This document shows positions 27,679 to 42,614 of a stretch of 64,000 bases of DNA, piece by piece (the stretch's first letter is position 1; each line of letters begins with the position of its first letter). A program made the position numbers and the translations under genes. Source of the DNA: Octopus vulgaris (lineage: Eukaryota); assembly GCA_951406725.2 (NCBI GenBank), contig OX597816.1, forward strand, positions 34,534,001 to 34,598,000, in the 5' to 3' direction. The notes beneath the pieces were generated by a model. The model was not told where the DNA came from and did not search any database. It was given only the letters and a program-made list of their open reading frames with translations.

Positions 27679-27922
27679 AATGGCCTAGTGGTTAGGGTGT
27701 TGAACTTACATATCGCTGGTTGTGGTTTCAATTCCTAGAACGGGTTGTGCGTTGTGTTATTGAGCAAAACATTTCATCTTACGTTGCATTATTCACGTTC
27801 GAACAATATCGATTTGATGGAGAATATGCGGCAGGAACATTAGATGATTAAGAACAAATCATTTGTGTAAGTCGTACGGCATAAACTGAGCGCTTAGTCT
27901 TCGTCTACGAGAAGAGAGTCCG
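27679..27922 (+). mobile_element. Degenerate tRNA-derived SINE (family D) with an (ATT)n/(GTT)n tail
   Basis: A-box TGGCCTAGTGG, B-box-like GGTTTCAATTCC and a CORE-like TTGAGCAAAACATTTCATCTTACGTTGC, followed by a microsatellite. Confidence 0.65.
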
Positions 27923-27931
27923 TTATTATTG

Positions 27932-27975
<44 letters not shown>

Positions 27976-28742
27976 GTTATTGTTGTTGTTGTTGTTGTTG
28001 CTTATTCGACTGTGAACATGAGATCTCAAGAACCGCTAGCTATTATCCGATGAAACTTTCTGGATATTTGGCCTCGTGACTGGCACGAACTGCTTAAAGT
28101 TTAGGATGAATCCGGTAATAAGAGAAGGATTTCAATTTCCTAAAATTAAGACTTTATTAAGGAGTATGAGTGAAATAAAAGAGTAGTAACAACTAAAGTC
28201 AAATTATATTATATTATATTCTTTATATTGGAGAACCAGTGTATAACGTGTATAACGCCGTTAGTATTGGACCATAGATTAAAAGAGAATTGGGAAAGCA
28301 GAGAAGAAATAGTTTTTATTCAAAATAGCTTTGCTTACAGGTTCGATGTCGTAGGGCATAGAAGCCTCAATGTAAGGTTATCCCTTAAGTTGTCCTCGTA
28401 GTCCTTTAAGTTGAACCTTGGTTTTCTAGTTCTACAGGGTTCGTTGGCATTTCAATTTGATATTTCCAATGATAAGGAATGATTCGCTTCCAAAAGCGTC
28501 CAGACCACGTGTATGTAGGAGTGCATTTCTGCACTTAAAGATGCGTTCAAAATTGTTTCTTTCATAATGTGAACAGCAAGAACATTATCATAATAAAATG
28601 ATTTCAGCCAATACAATCTTTAAATATTTTGAAGAAGAGCCATGGGTACTGATTTCTACTGGAAATGGGTTTATCGATATGAGAGAATTCTATGTTCACT
28701 TTTTCCATCGTGCAGGTTGATATACATATACATTTTTTTTGT

Positions 28743-29083
28743 TTTTTACTTTTTCAGTTATTTGACACCGGTCATGCTGGAGTACCGCCTTTAGTCGAAC
28801 AAATCGAACCTACGACTTATTCTTTGTTAGCCCAGTACTTACTTTATCGGTCTCTTTTGCCGAACCGCTAAGTTACGCGGACGTAAACACATCAGCATAG
28901 CACGCCGGGTAAAATGCTTAGCGGGATTTGGTTCCTCTTTACTTTCTCAGTTCAAATTTCGCCTTGGTTAGCTTTAACTTTCATTCCTCCGGGGTCGATA
29001 TATTATCAGTTGAATACCGGGGACGATGTAATCGACATGCTTCCTCTCCGAATTTACTGGCGTTGTTCCAGAATTTGAAATCA
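28743..29083. mobile_element. SINE A 3' half (minus, 28743-28898) abutting a degenerate SINE B (plus, 28899-29083)
   Basis: Matches GGTCTCTTTTGCCGAACCGCTAAG (family A) and TTTCATTCCTCCGGGGTCGAT (family B). Confidence 0.8.
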
Positions 29084-29408
29084 ATATTTATGATAAACAT
29101 GCCAGCACTATTTTTTATGCATGGATAATTCCTGAGTTGTTATGTAACATATGTATGTAATACATGTCTCATTTTCTTTAATAGTCTGCATTTTTATTCG
29201 TTGCCAAGTCTTTCAGTAATGCAGCAAATGTTACTGTTGTCCTTCCCCAACTTTTAGATATTTCTATGTACCTAACTATGAATTTAAATAACATTTACCT
29301 TTTCTACGATTTCTTGTTAGCTGCTCCAATATGCCCATCAGTCGGAAAACAATGCAATTACTGAGTTGAAATCCAATTGTTATTCTGCGATATATATATA
29401 TATATAAA

Positions 29409-29485
<77 letters not shown>

Positions 29486-31364
29486 TATATATACATATAT
29501 ATCTATATATATTTATGATATATATAGGTATATATTATATATATATGTGTGTGTGTGTTTATAGCTATACATATATATATATGTATATCTGTATGTATCT
29601 CTCTCTCATATATGTATATATATATATATATATATAATACACTCTAGTGGTGGTGGCTGTCCTGTACAATATATCTAGCCTTAACTCGCAATAAAGTTCA
29701 TTATCTCAGATTCAAGCAGGAATTGTATATCCAGCAAGAAACACTTTTTAAATGGGTAAAGGGACGAGCAACGAAATTAATGGTGTCCCTAAATTTATGT
29801 TTGTTTACTGTAAACGATCAGTATGTCATCTTTATCTTTACGTTTGATGGTGCTTTAGGTTTCGAATCTGGCTGTGTTCAAACTTAAATTAATTTCTGTT
29901 AGTAACGCGGTTGCTCCGGACATGGGATGTATTTGCATGCTTATAATTTCTCATATTTGCAGATATATTGCCGATAAATATCTTTGTAAAAATATTAATA
30001 TATTCTGTAGTTTTCGGTATATAAATGGACTGATGACGATACTGGACATATAAAAAGTGCTTTATTTCCGTAAACGTAGGTTAGTAGAATATATCAATAT
30101 GGAATTAGAGAATTTAAAAGTCTGTAATCAGAAAATAGAAATTTTCAAAGAAATAATTTCTTAGTTTCTCTCCATGTAATATTATGATGCTATGCTAGAT
30201 ACGTAACTATTTTTATTAAAATACGGACACATTTCGCATATGGATTTTCATTTACATACAGCTGTGGGTATGTATGCGTGTGTGTGATAGAGAAGAAGAG
30301 AGAGAAACAGAGACAGAGACAGAGACAGAAAAAAACAGAAACAGAAAAACAGACAGACAAAGAGAGAGGCACAAACATTCACTAAATCACATACACATTA
30401 AAGTACTTCCATTTTTAAAATCAGTAAATTAATTTGTATATACATGTTAAACCATAAAAAAGTAACAGATAATATGGCAGTTATACATCTATAATACATT
30501 AAATTCTATTTCAGTTTCAGAAATGAAGCGTAAATACGTTATTTTTGTTCGTTTTCTTTTCAAGTGATGTTAATTCTTCACATAAATTTTGGTAGTAGAT
30601 TTTATTTAGCATAGAAAATATATTACATTAATTTATGTTTGAGTAGGTGGATTTCTAGGTCCTACCGAAAGTTTAATTATCAGAAGTATCACAGTTTAAA
30701 CATTAACATCACAAAGCTTATTCTGTAGATACTGACGGCAGCTTTATATACAATAGCCATTATAAAATTCAAAGTTATTATATACGGAAAAACATTATAA
30801 ACAAATAATTTCAAGGCATATTTTAAATATTTTCTCATTATTACCCTATATTTTTTCTCCCATTTTCTAACATTAATTTCTATTTCTAATGAGTCTAAAA
30901 CTTAATGACGATATATTTATTCAATCAAATGTTTTCAGCTAATTAGAAAACCTGTTTCCAAGCCATATATGTGTGTGTATGTATGTGTGCATTTAATAAC
31001 AAGAATATGCATTCCTCCATGAATTTGTAACGCAAAGCATTTCAACAATGGTAAATGTTGTTAATTATAATGACAAATGTAATTATTATATACACGAATA
31101 CACATATGCACGTAGCAGAGAATACATGTCTATATGTGTATGCATGAATCTATATATTTATATATATATATATATATATATAGATATGTATAAGTGCGTC
31201 CGTTCATGCTTGTATGTATAATAATAATCCTTTCTTTTGTAGGGAAAAGGCCTCAAATTTTATGGATCTAGTTAATTACTTTGACAATACGCAAGTGAAC
31301 CTCGGCCAAATTTGAACTCAGATCATAAAGAGGACGAAATACCGCAGTGCATTTTGCCTGGGTG

Positions 31365-32360
31365 ATAGCATCACTTTGGTATAGTACGGGAATTATAAAA
31401 TATCAAGAGAGAAATTAAGAAAATGGATACAAAGACGAGAAAAATGTAAACGATATACGGAGCTTTCCACCCTAAGAGTGACATCCATAGGCAGAACTTG
31501 TCCAGGGGAAAGGGTGGAGAGGTTTTACCAGTTGTGAGGACTGCATCGAAGCAGAGGAAAACAGCTTAGAGTGGTATATAAAAAAAAAGCCGTGCCGTCT
31601 TTGTTGAAAGACACGAAGAGGACGGGCGTCATTAAAACGGAAATTTGTATAACTAAAGAAAAATTTTAACAAGAAATTAACAAAAATAAGGTAAACAGTA
31701 TGGAATGAAAAGAAAACGTACGGAGATGTGAAAGCAGGGGGAGATACAGAAGACCAGTCGCTGTGAATAAAGAGGAGTGACCAGAAAATAACGTCGGAAA
31801 CACTGATATGCGCAGCTCAGGAACAATTGTTAAGAATCAACTATATGAAATGCATAAAAGACAACACTTCCGATGGCGACAGATGCCTAATGTGTGGTGA
31901 CAAAATTAGAATAGCAAAATCTCGTGGGATGCAATTATCCAGTGTGATCGCCGACAAGACATTGGAAACCGGAGATTGTTGTGGTTAAAAAAAAGAACGT
32001 ATGATAATCAACATAGAATGGCCTGGAGACAACAAGGTCAATGTGGAACAAGAAGAAAAAATAAACAACTATGGCAATTTGAAGTGGTAAATATGACGGC
32101 TGTGGTCGCTGAAGAGAGTTACCAATTGGTGCGCTTGGAAGCATCAGCATTCAACTGCAAACATGGCGAAAAAATAGTAGTGTGAGTGTGAATGAAGAAC
32201 ACCTACAAAAATTAGGATTGCTTGGAACTGAAGGAATTTTTCGCAGGATTCTTGAACCATGACCAGTAAACAAGTGACATCTTGTCTGCTGGCTATGAAC
32301 AGTTGACACTTTCCATCATACGCAGCAAAATAAGCTGTATGTTTTTTACAACAATAACAA
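31365..32360 (+). mobile_element. R4/Dong-clade (RLE) non-LTR retrotransposon, 3' fragment
   Basis: KMDTKTRKM*TIYGAFHPKSDIHRQNLSRGKGG (cf. DRKTRK..HPKSDVDRLY.PRK.GGRGL), SETLICAAQEQLLRINY, RCLMCG and IQCD...KPEIVVV (PD-(D/E)xK nuclease), with a short (ACA/ATA) tail. Confidence 0.88.
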
Positions 32361-33236
32361 TATAGTAACAAGAGCACTCAGAGAGCGCAAACCTCACGAA
32401 CGTCATATACACGACTAGCCAGAGATGATTTTTAAAATGAGCATATCTCAAATAAACTTCACTGCTCTCACAAACGAGAATACTAAAATTAGCCCGACCA
32501 CTCTCAAAAGTTAAGTAAAACAAAAACGGAAAATTTATCTATAATCATTGTTCCATACCTGATCGATATCACTGGTAGACATGGAAAGTGAAAGCGAGTG
32601 TGGGAACCGTGTTTGTAATGCGTTGTGTGTATCATCTGCAGTGGGAACAGGGACAGTCTTCTCTATGAAGGCCTCTTTTTAGTCTATCCACTGCCGCAGT
32701 GTCTTTACGACCGTTAAGGTCTATAGTGAAAATATTTATCCGTGTCTGAAACAAAACAGAAAGGACCTCCATATAGTGCTGTTAACGGAGGTTTAACAAC
32801 TTCGTCTACAACAAATATATGCTCAATACCATAGATTTGCTTGTCAGTTGCTTGACCCTAACCAGTTTAGCATGTCACTTAGTCGCTATCTGCATATCTG
32901 GTCACGAGCTGAAGTTGAGGAAGAGCATCATAGCCATGTGTTGAGAGGAATTCTTTGGGGTTTGAATAATTCACTTCTGGAAACAGAGATGTCTCGCTCA
33001 ACATCATTAAACAAGACGTATTCTAGGCCCGTTTAAGAGGGATGGGCTACTCAATCAAAGGTAATTCCTAAAAGAGCCCCACCTGCAATGTTATGTGCTA
33101 TTTATCTTCATGTGAGATCATCAGGTCGCGCACATATAATTGTGATGCATGATGGATATATTGGGCTTCGTATATTTGCGCTGCAATGTCCATTTCTTGG
33201 AATGCACTGCTCTCTCACTTAATAACAAAGCAATAG

Positions 33237-33285
<49 letters not shown>

Positions 33286-33336
33286 GATTACGACGGTGAT
33301 GTTGATGACGATGATGATGATGATGGTAACGATGAA

Positions 33337-33369
<33 letters not shown>

Positions 33370-33423
33370 TGATGATGATGATGATGAGGAGGAGGAAGAG
33401 GAGGAGGAAGAGGAGGAGGATGG

Positions 33424-33473
<50 letters not shown>

Positions 33474-33484
33474 GTGAAGATGAT
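33237..33484. repeat. (GAT)n/(GGT)n/(GAG)n compound microsatellite
   Basis: Directly visible. It is the source of the poly-M/D/E/H ORFs. Confidence 0.95.
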
Positions 33485-36400
33485 TTCCGTACGGTATTAA
33501 CATTGTAAAGAAATAGGCATAAAACGTAAAGAAATAGTTACGGCATTATCATTGATGAAAACAGGTTTAAACCCATCTACTCGTATTGACAAAAAACTAG
33601 AGTTGGTTTTATTAGATGTGTGTCTGAAAATCCACAAACAGCTGTAGAGATTGGATGACAAATAGGAAAAGTGAAGTGAGCAATTCTTTTTAACAATTGT
33701 TTCATCAGACGTCAGTATTATTAAACTTTTTAACAATTGTTTCATTAGATTTCGATATTACCGAACTTGCAGTCTACGGGCAATTACTGATTATCCATTT
33801 AATGCTATTTAAATGACACATATCGAATAGGACTCATCAAATTTCCGCATAAAAGCAGCATGCTAATTACAGAATGTAAGACAGAAATGTAACCGAAGAG
33901 CAATGAATGATACCAAGCGGGACAATTTTAGCAAGTTAATTTTTTTATGACAAATTTCGTTTACACATTGCAGCTTTGATTGAGAGTTTTGTTCTGTAGT
34001 GTAATTCTCTTACAGATAAACCAACTCTCATTTCCAAGCCACTGACGAAATCTGCCAATATTGCCAACTAACGAAAGCTTCCATATAGCGATTGTCCTCA
34101 TTTGTATTGTCACTTCTTTTATAACAATAAGATCTGGAAATTTATAATGATTAATATAATGTTTCGCATTCTTTGCGAGTCTTGTTATCTCACCTAGAAC
34201 TATGGCTTTTCAGCAAGTAAAATGGATGTGTTTCTTTATTATATTTTATAGTTGAACGAGGTAGGAAACTAAGCCATCTAAATTGGTGTTGGCATATAGC
34301 CACAGCTGAATGGCGGATAATATAAAAAACCATAAGAGAATCTTAAATAATTTTTCTCTAAAATATATTTTAATGTTTGAGTAATACTGTAAAGTATATG
34401 CATAAAAGTAAAAAAAGATTCTATAAAAAAAAATATTCCGAAAATATTATATTCGCCAGTATTTTATTTATTTAGTTTTGTAATTGGATTCGTTCTGCCT
34501 GATCATTGTAGCGATTTTATTGAAGTAATCTCCATACTGCGCACATTTGTTTTCATTTAAGATTTATTTGAACAATAGGTTCATATTTTTATTTCCTACG
34601 ATTGTTTTTATGTTTGGTTTTCAAAACACAAAAGTTATTATAAAATTAATGTACTTCAAAAATTGCAATTATACATCAGTTTTCAAAACTGAAATCACAG
34701 AGAATGGTTTCTCCTGTTGCAATAACAAAAATAAAAGCAAGAAAATGAAAGCGCCGCATAATCAACTGTTAACATCGTTATATGCTAATGATGTTTGTTG
34801 CAGTTCGTTTCGATGTTTTCCTGTAAGGCACCTTCTTAATGCTTCAAACATGACGCAGGCAAATTGATGAAAGAAATAAAATACAATATTCTAATATTAT
34901 GCCTTGAGGACGATATAATTTGCTTTCTGTTACATTCACTATGTACACAAATTACAAGAATAGAATTTAGTAGCATAATTACAAATTCATATTTACAGAA
35001 TAGTGACTAGAATTATTTAGATTTCTTTAACACACTATTATTTATTGAGAATAGCAAACGACAAGCGAGGCGAAATGTTGTTTTGAAGATTGGTAAAAAG
35101 GAACAAAATCCAAATACAAAACAAATGATATTTCTAAATATATTTCTACTTGGTTCTTTATTGTGCAGCTGAATTGGGTCTTATATCTCTGTGGATATCT
35201 TAATTTCATTGCTATTATTAACTTTTTTCGAAAATTAACTTTATTTCTCTTTACAAATTTTGTCAGTGTTGACAGACAATAAATTGATATTATTTTCACT
35301 TATTTGTCTCATTGTTCGAATATTCCACACGAGTTAATGCGTTGATAAATTTGATAGATTTCTGAGATAAAGCTCCATCGACTCACGCACTAATTATAGA
35401 GAACAAGCGCCTTTCGATTATATACTTTTGGAATATCTGTTTTTCCTTTAAATCCTACATAGTTTCCACTAGAATTGATTTTGCCAGACCTGCCTGATCA
35501 GGATTTACCTTGGGAAGATGGAAACATACTATACGTCACCTATATGCATTAGTATGTGTATGCACATGCTTCTTCTATGTTATGCCAGTCACCATTGTCA
35601 TTCGTTCATATGTACTATCAATGCAATTTTCTAAACTGAACGCAGCAGAAAGTATAGCAAATTTGCACTAACAATACGTAAGTGATATAATTAAGGATAG
35701 AAAATCATTAGATTGCATTGCCTTTCCTCCGTTATTCAGAATCAGATGTAATCATGAATTTTATAACAACTTCTTACTGATGACAGATGTAACTATCATT
35801 CCTGTTTCCGCGTTCAAACCTCTGTGTAAAATAAATTTGTAACATCGAGAGATGACGAATACTAAATTTTTTGGGGCGCCCGATCTTATGATTTTATTAT
35901 ATACAAAGGTTGCCTTTGTGCAATTTACTCCAGTCCTGACATTTTCTTTATACTTTGAAATGGATATACGATGAGAAATAGGCTATCCTTTATTTAAACA
36001 TGTATATATACAGAATAATATTAGAGAATTTAACTGCCATGAGAACTTTCTAAATTCGTCATTTTGTAATATACACAATGTCTGTTATTTATTTTGTGTA
36101 ATAAAGTACTACAAAATATTCCTACTGCTGGGACTGCAATGAAATACCATAAATGCATAAAGAGTAAGAATTATTAGGTGATGACCACATACTAAACATA
36201 ATATGATATATTTTGTTCATAACTAATTTTGTCAGTGCGGTAGTTTTATGCTATGAATACCAAGGGACATTTCAACCGGAATCAGCTATATGAATTGTTA
36301 TTATTGATTGTCATGTACGGGAATAAATACCATATATTTAGTTCTTCGATATAAAGTGCTTAGTGTCGTATTATTATGCTTTGGACGTTAATAACATTGT

Positions 36401-39400
36401 ATTATCACAGAAAAGCCGTATACTGAGGTACTATAGTGATTATAACATATTCATGAGACAGATTCTCGCTCTACAACTAGTATAGATACACTCCATAGCG
36501 ATCTTAAGATTGGATTTTGAATAATTATTTTATAGAATTAGTTATACTAAAAGTTGGAAAATGATATCAAAAGGAAGGCAACACAACGTTCAGTTGTAAA
36601 TTGTAACGTTACTCAATTAACCAATCATTTTAATCACAAACTCTACCACTCTCCCTATACATTTGTTAAAACTCTTCCAATATTAATGTATTTTAGGCTT
36701 CATATCTTTATGCTATAGGGGGAAGAATAGAACGGAAAATAAAAGATGTGTCCTGGCTCTCACTATAATTCTCACTGAAGCTGACATTGCTCTATTCTAA
36801 GACAAATATTTACTATCAATATGATCAATTGACTTCGCCCATACTTGGAAAATAAAAAAAAAACTATGCGAGTACATTTCATGCACATTTATTCTTCGGG
36901 CATTTTAATGATGCTTGTGGCTATTAGTGTATATCATTATACATTAGAATAAATTGGTATGATTTTATCGTTATTCTGAAACTATAGAGAATACAACGGT
37001 CCTGATAAGAGATATAATAATATTCGTTGATGCTTTGAATTGTCACCTCTACTTGACAATATGAGATTAAGTTACTATGAAATATCAAATCGGTATCTCA
37101 TTCGCTGCATTTCATATGTGTTACCAATTATTTAGAATTTCCTTGACTTACGATAGCCTTTACCCAACTGCAATATAAATTTAATGATTTCCTCTGTTCC
37201 TAAGTTTTGATTTCAATGACATTAGGCTGCAGATTTCGTTAGTTTTGCGTTTCTCGTGTGAGTCCACTATTTAAAATTATGGTTTACAGCTAGTAGTGCT
37301 GTATTATATCTACAGTGTATAATCAAAGTTCAACAGAAGATATAATATCACCAAATGAAGATTTCACAATGATTGTAATATATTTATACCGGTTATGCTT
37401 GAAGCGTATAATTTGCATTGAAATTCGTCGGCTTAGGACCTCTAAACACTATACATTATGTGAATCAAGTATATATATTTTCAGGATATTTCAATATTTA
37501 ATCATCGTCATCAGTATCGTTACCATCATCGCCTTCGTCGTCGTCGTCAGTTGTCACCTCATCATATAATCGGGAGACTTGACCGGACCAATGCTACCCA
37601 CACTTCCCAGACGTCCCCATCGAGCAATATGCCATAAAGATCTGGCTCGGGTATCAGTCACATTAAACTTTCACCAGATAAAATATCTCACATCTGGAAG
37701 CTACGACTACAGGTGATGATAACAGTAGTTTGTTTAGTGAACTGGGTGATCCTAAATGCAGTCAAACTGTTACTATTCCATTCATTCAGCATCAGTAATA
37801 TTCTGCATTAATAACGTAGATTTATTTGCAGAAATATTATGCATCATCCATGCTGCATGCCATTATTTAAAAATACCCTGTTTCGGGATATATTAAGTCA
37901 TACCTGGGGCGAGCTAACAATTGATAATAATCTGAGTTAGAGAAGACCTGTTGAAATAGCGTTTAAAAGTTCCACGCTTCTCAGAATTCTGGACATCCCG
38001 AACCAGGACAACTTTACTAGATGAAGTTTAAAATGAGACTCAAAATATTTTGACATGCATTTGCCTAAAATTAATGGTTAATCAATTATTGGCATAAAAG
38101 AATATTGCGCAAGGCATCAACGAATTGTAAGCAAAGCATAAAAGAATATTACGCAAGAATTTCTTGTCATAAAATGGTTAGTATATATTTAAATAATAAT
38201 GTGAAATTATTACTTTCAAGCTGCTTTACAATCGTGGTTAATTATTTAGGAAAGAAGAGGCTTAACACTGGGAGAAGTGACGAATTTATCACTAATTAAT
38301 ATTTATCGATTTGTTTTAAGGCGGGTATGTAGACATCACATTACATATAATCCTACAACGCAAAACTAGTTTTCACTAGTGCTCTATTTACTTGTTATAA
38401 AACGATACCAATATTCTGAAATATTGATCCCAAAATTATACACAAGAATCACTTTTATGCAAATGTTTTGATTAGAGAGGTTTAAATAAGAGATTTTTTA
38501 AATTGTTAAAGTTAGAGGCGTATACAAATCTGAATCATTAAAAACTATCATTTGATTTGTGTCGGCGGAAAAAGAGAATAAGATTAAAGAAAATGTATAT
38601 CAAAGTAAATATTTTTCTTCTTTCGGCAAAAGAATGTTCTTTTATCAACAAAGCTTTCACTTTTTGAAAGAACAAGGGCTTGAGGAGGGACATAAATGTA
38701 GAGCCAAAATCCAGATACTTTGTTATGCAGTTTTCTAGTTTCATGCGGGTCTCTAGTATGGTTTCAGCGTGTTCCATTATTTCTGTACAAGTGATGGGTG
38801 TGGAATATTTTTGGGGTTGCTAGTTATTGTTGGATAGCCTTTGTGTTTCGTACATGATATGGACGTTTTGTGTTATGGTTTCACTGACGCATTCTGATTA
38901 TCTTGTTGGATATTGAAATAGTGTCACGAGGATTTTTATGCTGTCCCTATTTGGTAATTTCTTTATGTAACATGTGAAAAACGTGCATCGTGTTCGTTAT
39001 GCTTTTGAATAGAGAGTGGCATACAGATCTCCTTGCTTGTGACTGTGTTTAAAGTTTTATGAGACCTAATATATCTTCAAACCTGCTTTATTTTATTTAT
39101 TCTGTATGCATCCTCAAGGCCTAGATTTATTCTTACACTTTCCATCCTGCAAAAGTTCCTTCTTTCCAATTTAAGATCGTCTTTCAATTTGAGAGTCTGT
39201 CAATCTCCATTCGTAAGAATTCAGTATTTTAATGAGACTATAAAAAACGTATATATGATGGCAGTGCATTTATATATCATTATTCCCAGGTCACCCTTAG
39301 CCGAAAATAAGAGTGACGAACTTGTTGTGTGATATATTTAGTACTTATTAAAACACTTCATGTAAGTTCTCTCTCAGAATTATTTTCTTACATTTAGCGG

Positions 39401-40559
39401 ATAGAAATCTGCCACTATTTCGCGTTTAAACGTAATATCTGAAATACTAAAATGTTACAGACTTCATGGTCTGCGCTCAATTTTAGTCTCTTTCGTCAGT
39501 TTTATTTTTATCTATTTAATGCGAACATGTGTTTTCGTTGTTGTTCTTTTATAAATAATTTAATTCTGAATTCTCATGACTACGAATCCTGAAACTGTTT
39601 GCACACAATCGGGATAACCGCATTTCGTTACAGCTTCCTATATTGTTGATCTTAGAATATTGATTGAATGCGAATTAAATTCCAAATACTATTTTCAAAA
39701 ATTGTTATAAAAGTATTTATCTAAATAACGTAAGTGGTTTAAATTTAGTCCAGCGTTGAACTTGATATAACGCAGCAACAATAACGTGTGAAATGTGCTA
39801 TTTTTATAGAGTAGCGTATCTATATAGAGTAAGATTTATTCAGACAGTGACTTTATCTGAAATTAATTCCGTTAGCAATTCGAAAGAAAACTAGATAAAA
39901 CCTAATTACATACAAGCATATTCAAATTTAGATTCAAGTGAAAAAGAAAACACAATATACTAAAATACAATATTTCATTTAAGGTAACACAACATGAAGT
40001 CACTCTTCATTTTCATTGTCCAAACTGTGACACAGTGGCTGTGAACATTGTCCTTGGATACGATTTAATCCATTTTAACACCTAACATATTATTGTTCAT
40101 GACAATTCATACATGGTTGCTCAATTTACACTGCAAATAAATCAATTGTCTCTATAATTCACTTAAAGCCATTTATAGCGGTAATTTTCAGATTTTGTCA
40201 ACCAGAGTTTATTGATTAACACAGACGTCTGTATTACAACTGCGCTTTGAGGAAATTTTACAAACGAATAAGATTACAAGATATAAAAAAGTATGAACGT
40301 GCTATGCCGTTATACATGTACGCACATTCTTGTATATGCGCGTGTGGGGGTGTGCATGTGTGAATGTGTTTATGTGTGCATATACGTCTATGTTTGTGAA
40401 CGTTTGCGCGCCTGTGTCTGTGTGTGTATACATTCATACAGATGTGTGTCTATCAATTTTTCCATCTACCTATCCATATGGATAAGTAGATAGAGAGAAA
40501 GAGAAAGAGAGAGTGAGAGAGCTAAACAGAAAAACTTATATATGACTGTGCAGGTATAA

Positions 40560-40613
<54 letters not shown>

Positions 40614-40789
40614 GTATATGTGTGTGTGTGTGTTATATATATTCTAATATGACCTAGGTAATAATCTTGTAATGTGCTTTTCAAATCTTCTCTCCGTGTA
40701 TCAGCTACGAAATGTTATCTTAGAATTGTGCTTCCCCTGGTAGCAAAGCGAATAAAATGTCTTCTAAATTATGCAAATGGTAACTGACA

Positions 40790-41369
<580 letters not shown>

Positions 41370-42579
41370 ATGCAATTTAGAGAATTCGTGAGTAATGTGC
41401 CAACTACTGATGTTCTAGTAATTACGGCTGTCTTCAACTCGAGGGTTAGATATGTTTCATAATATGATATGCCTCGTGTAAGCACGGTGTAGGAAAATAC
41501 AGCCGAAAACGTTTTTAACTGCTCAATCTTGGACATCGACTTTTAAAACATGCAATTTCGTTGAGCTACAGAAATAAATATACAACGCATTGAATGCGTG
41601 CAATGTATACGAATTGTAAATTCATTGATTATGTTTTAGTCAAAAAATCTGACATAAGACATGCAGTGTTTGCACAATTGCTGGTCAGAAAGCAGGTCTG
41701 ACCATCGACAAACCGGGTCAACGCTCGTACTAAGTATAAAAAAAGCTAGATACACTGGGCCTAAAGTACCAAAGAAACTATATATGACAATTTTCCAGTT
41801 TTTCTATGCCATCCACAATTGTCTTTAGTGCATTAGATTCCACACTTCAGTCACTGGGACACTTTTGGTGTGAAATCGATGAGATTCAATAACTCGGATT
41901 ACAGAAGCAATCCCGAAGCATGTGACTTATGTAAAGTTGAACAAAATCTAGTTTTAATGACTATTGTAGGCGACTAATAAGTTCTGAGATGTATCTGGTT
42001 GCAATGGTTGCAGGACAACCACAAACAAGTACATGAAGCTGGATGTTGCAGGGATACTAAGGCATTTTCTCTTATATTAAAGATTTGAATGATTGACGAC
42101 TGCCTTCAAAATCTCATGTAAGAAACGGAGGTGATCAGTCATTGGTCATTAATAGGTAATTAGTCATTGGTCATTTTTCATTGGGAAGCATTTAGCATTT
42201 ATTTCTCTTAGCTCCTTAACATATACTCTAATGAAGGCATCTATATTGAATCTATTAAAAGGTATCCAATTTTAGAGGAAATAGCATGAGAACCAAATAA
42301 AATAAGGCATTAATTCTTCTTTTAAAAATTATATAACAATACATCTCCTGATGCAGGTGGTATTAAAAGCTGGAGGCTTCAAGCAAACTGGAGAAAATGG
42401 TAGATATGTGACACAGCAAGATCCCATTGTCAGAGAAAGGCAGAGGTACTGAAATACTGAGTTAAGTCTATCGCTGTCCGTTTTTTACAGTCGGTGCCAA
42501 GGAGCAATGTGGGAACGTTATGAACATTTCTCTAGTATCACTTGTATGTAAAGTTCTATGATGTGAATGAGAGCGAGTT

Positions 42580-42611
<32 letters not shown>

Positions 42612-42614
<3 letters not shown>

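Noticed and set aside
35777-35815. CTGATGA core match (similar lone matches at ~26872, ~30030, ~45981)
   Set aside because: No correctly placed GAAA-stem III-NUH and no flanking helices.
41620-42500. Possible very old RTE RT remnant (AGQKAGLTID)
   Set aside because: Only one or two weak motifs, insufficient for a feature call.
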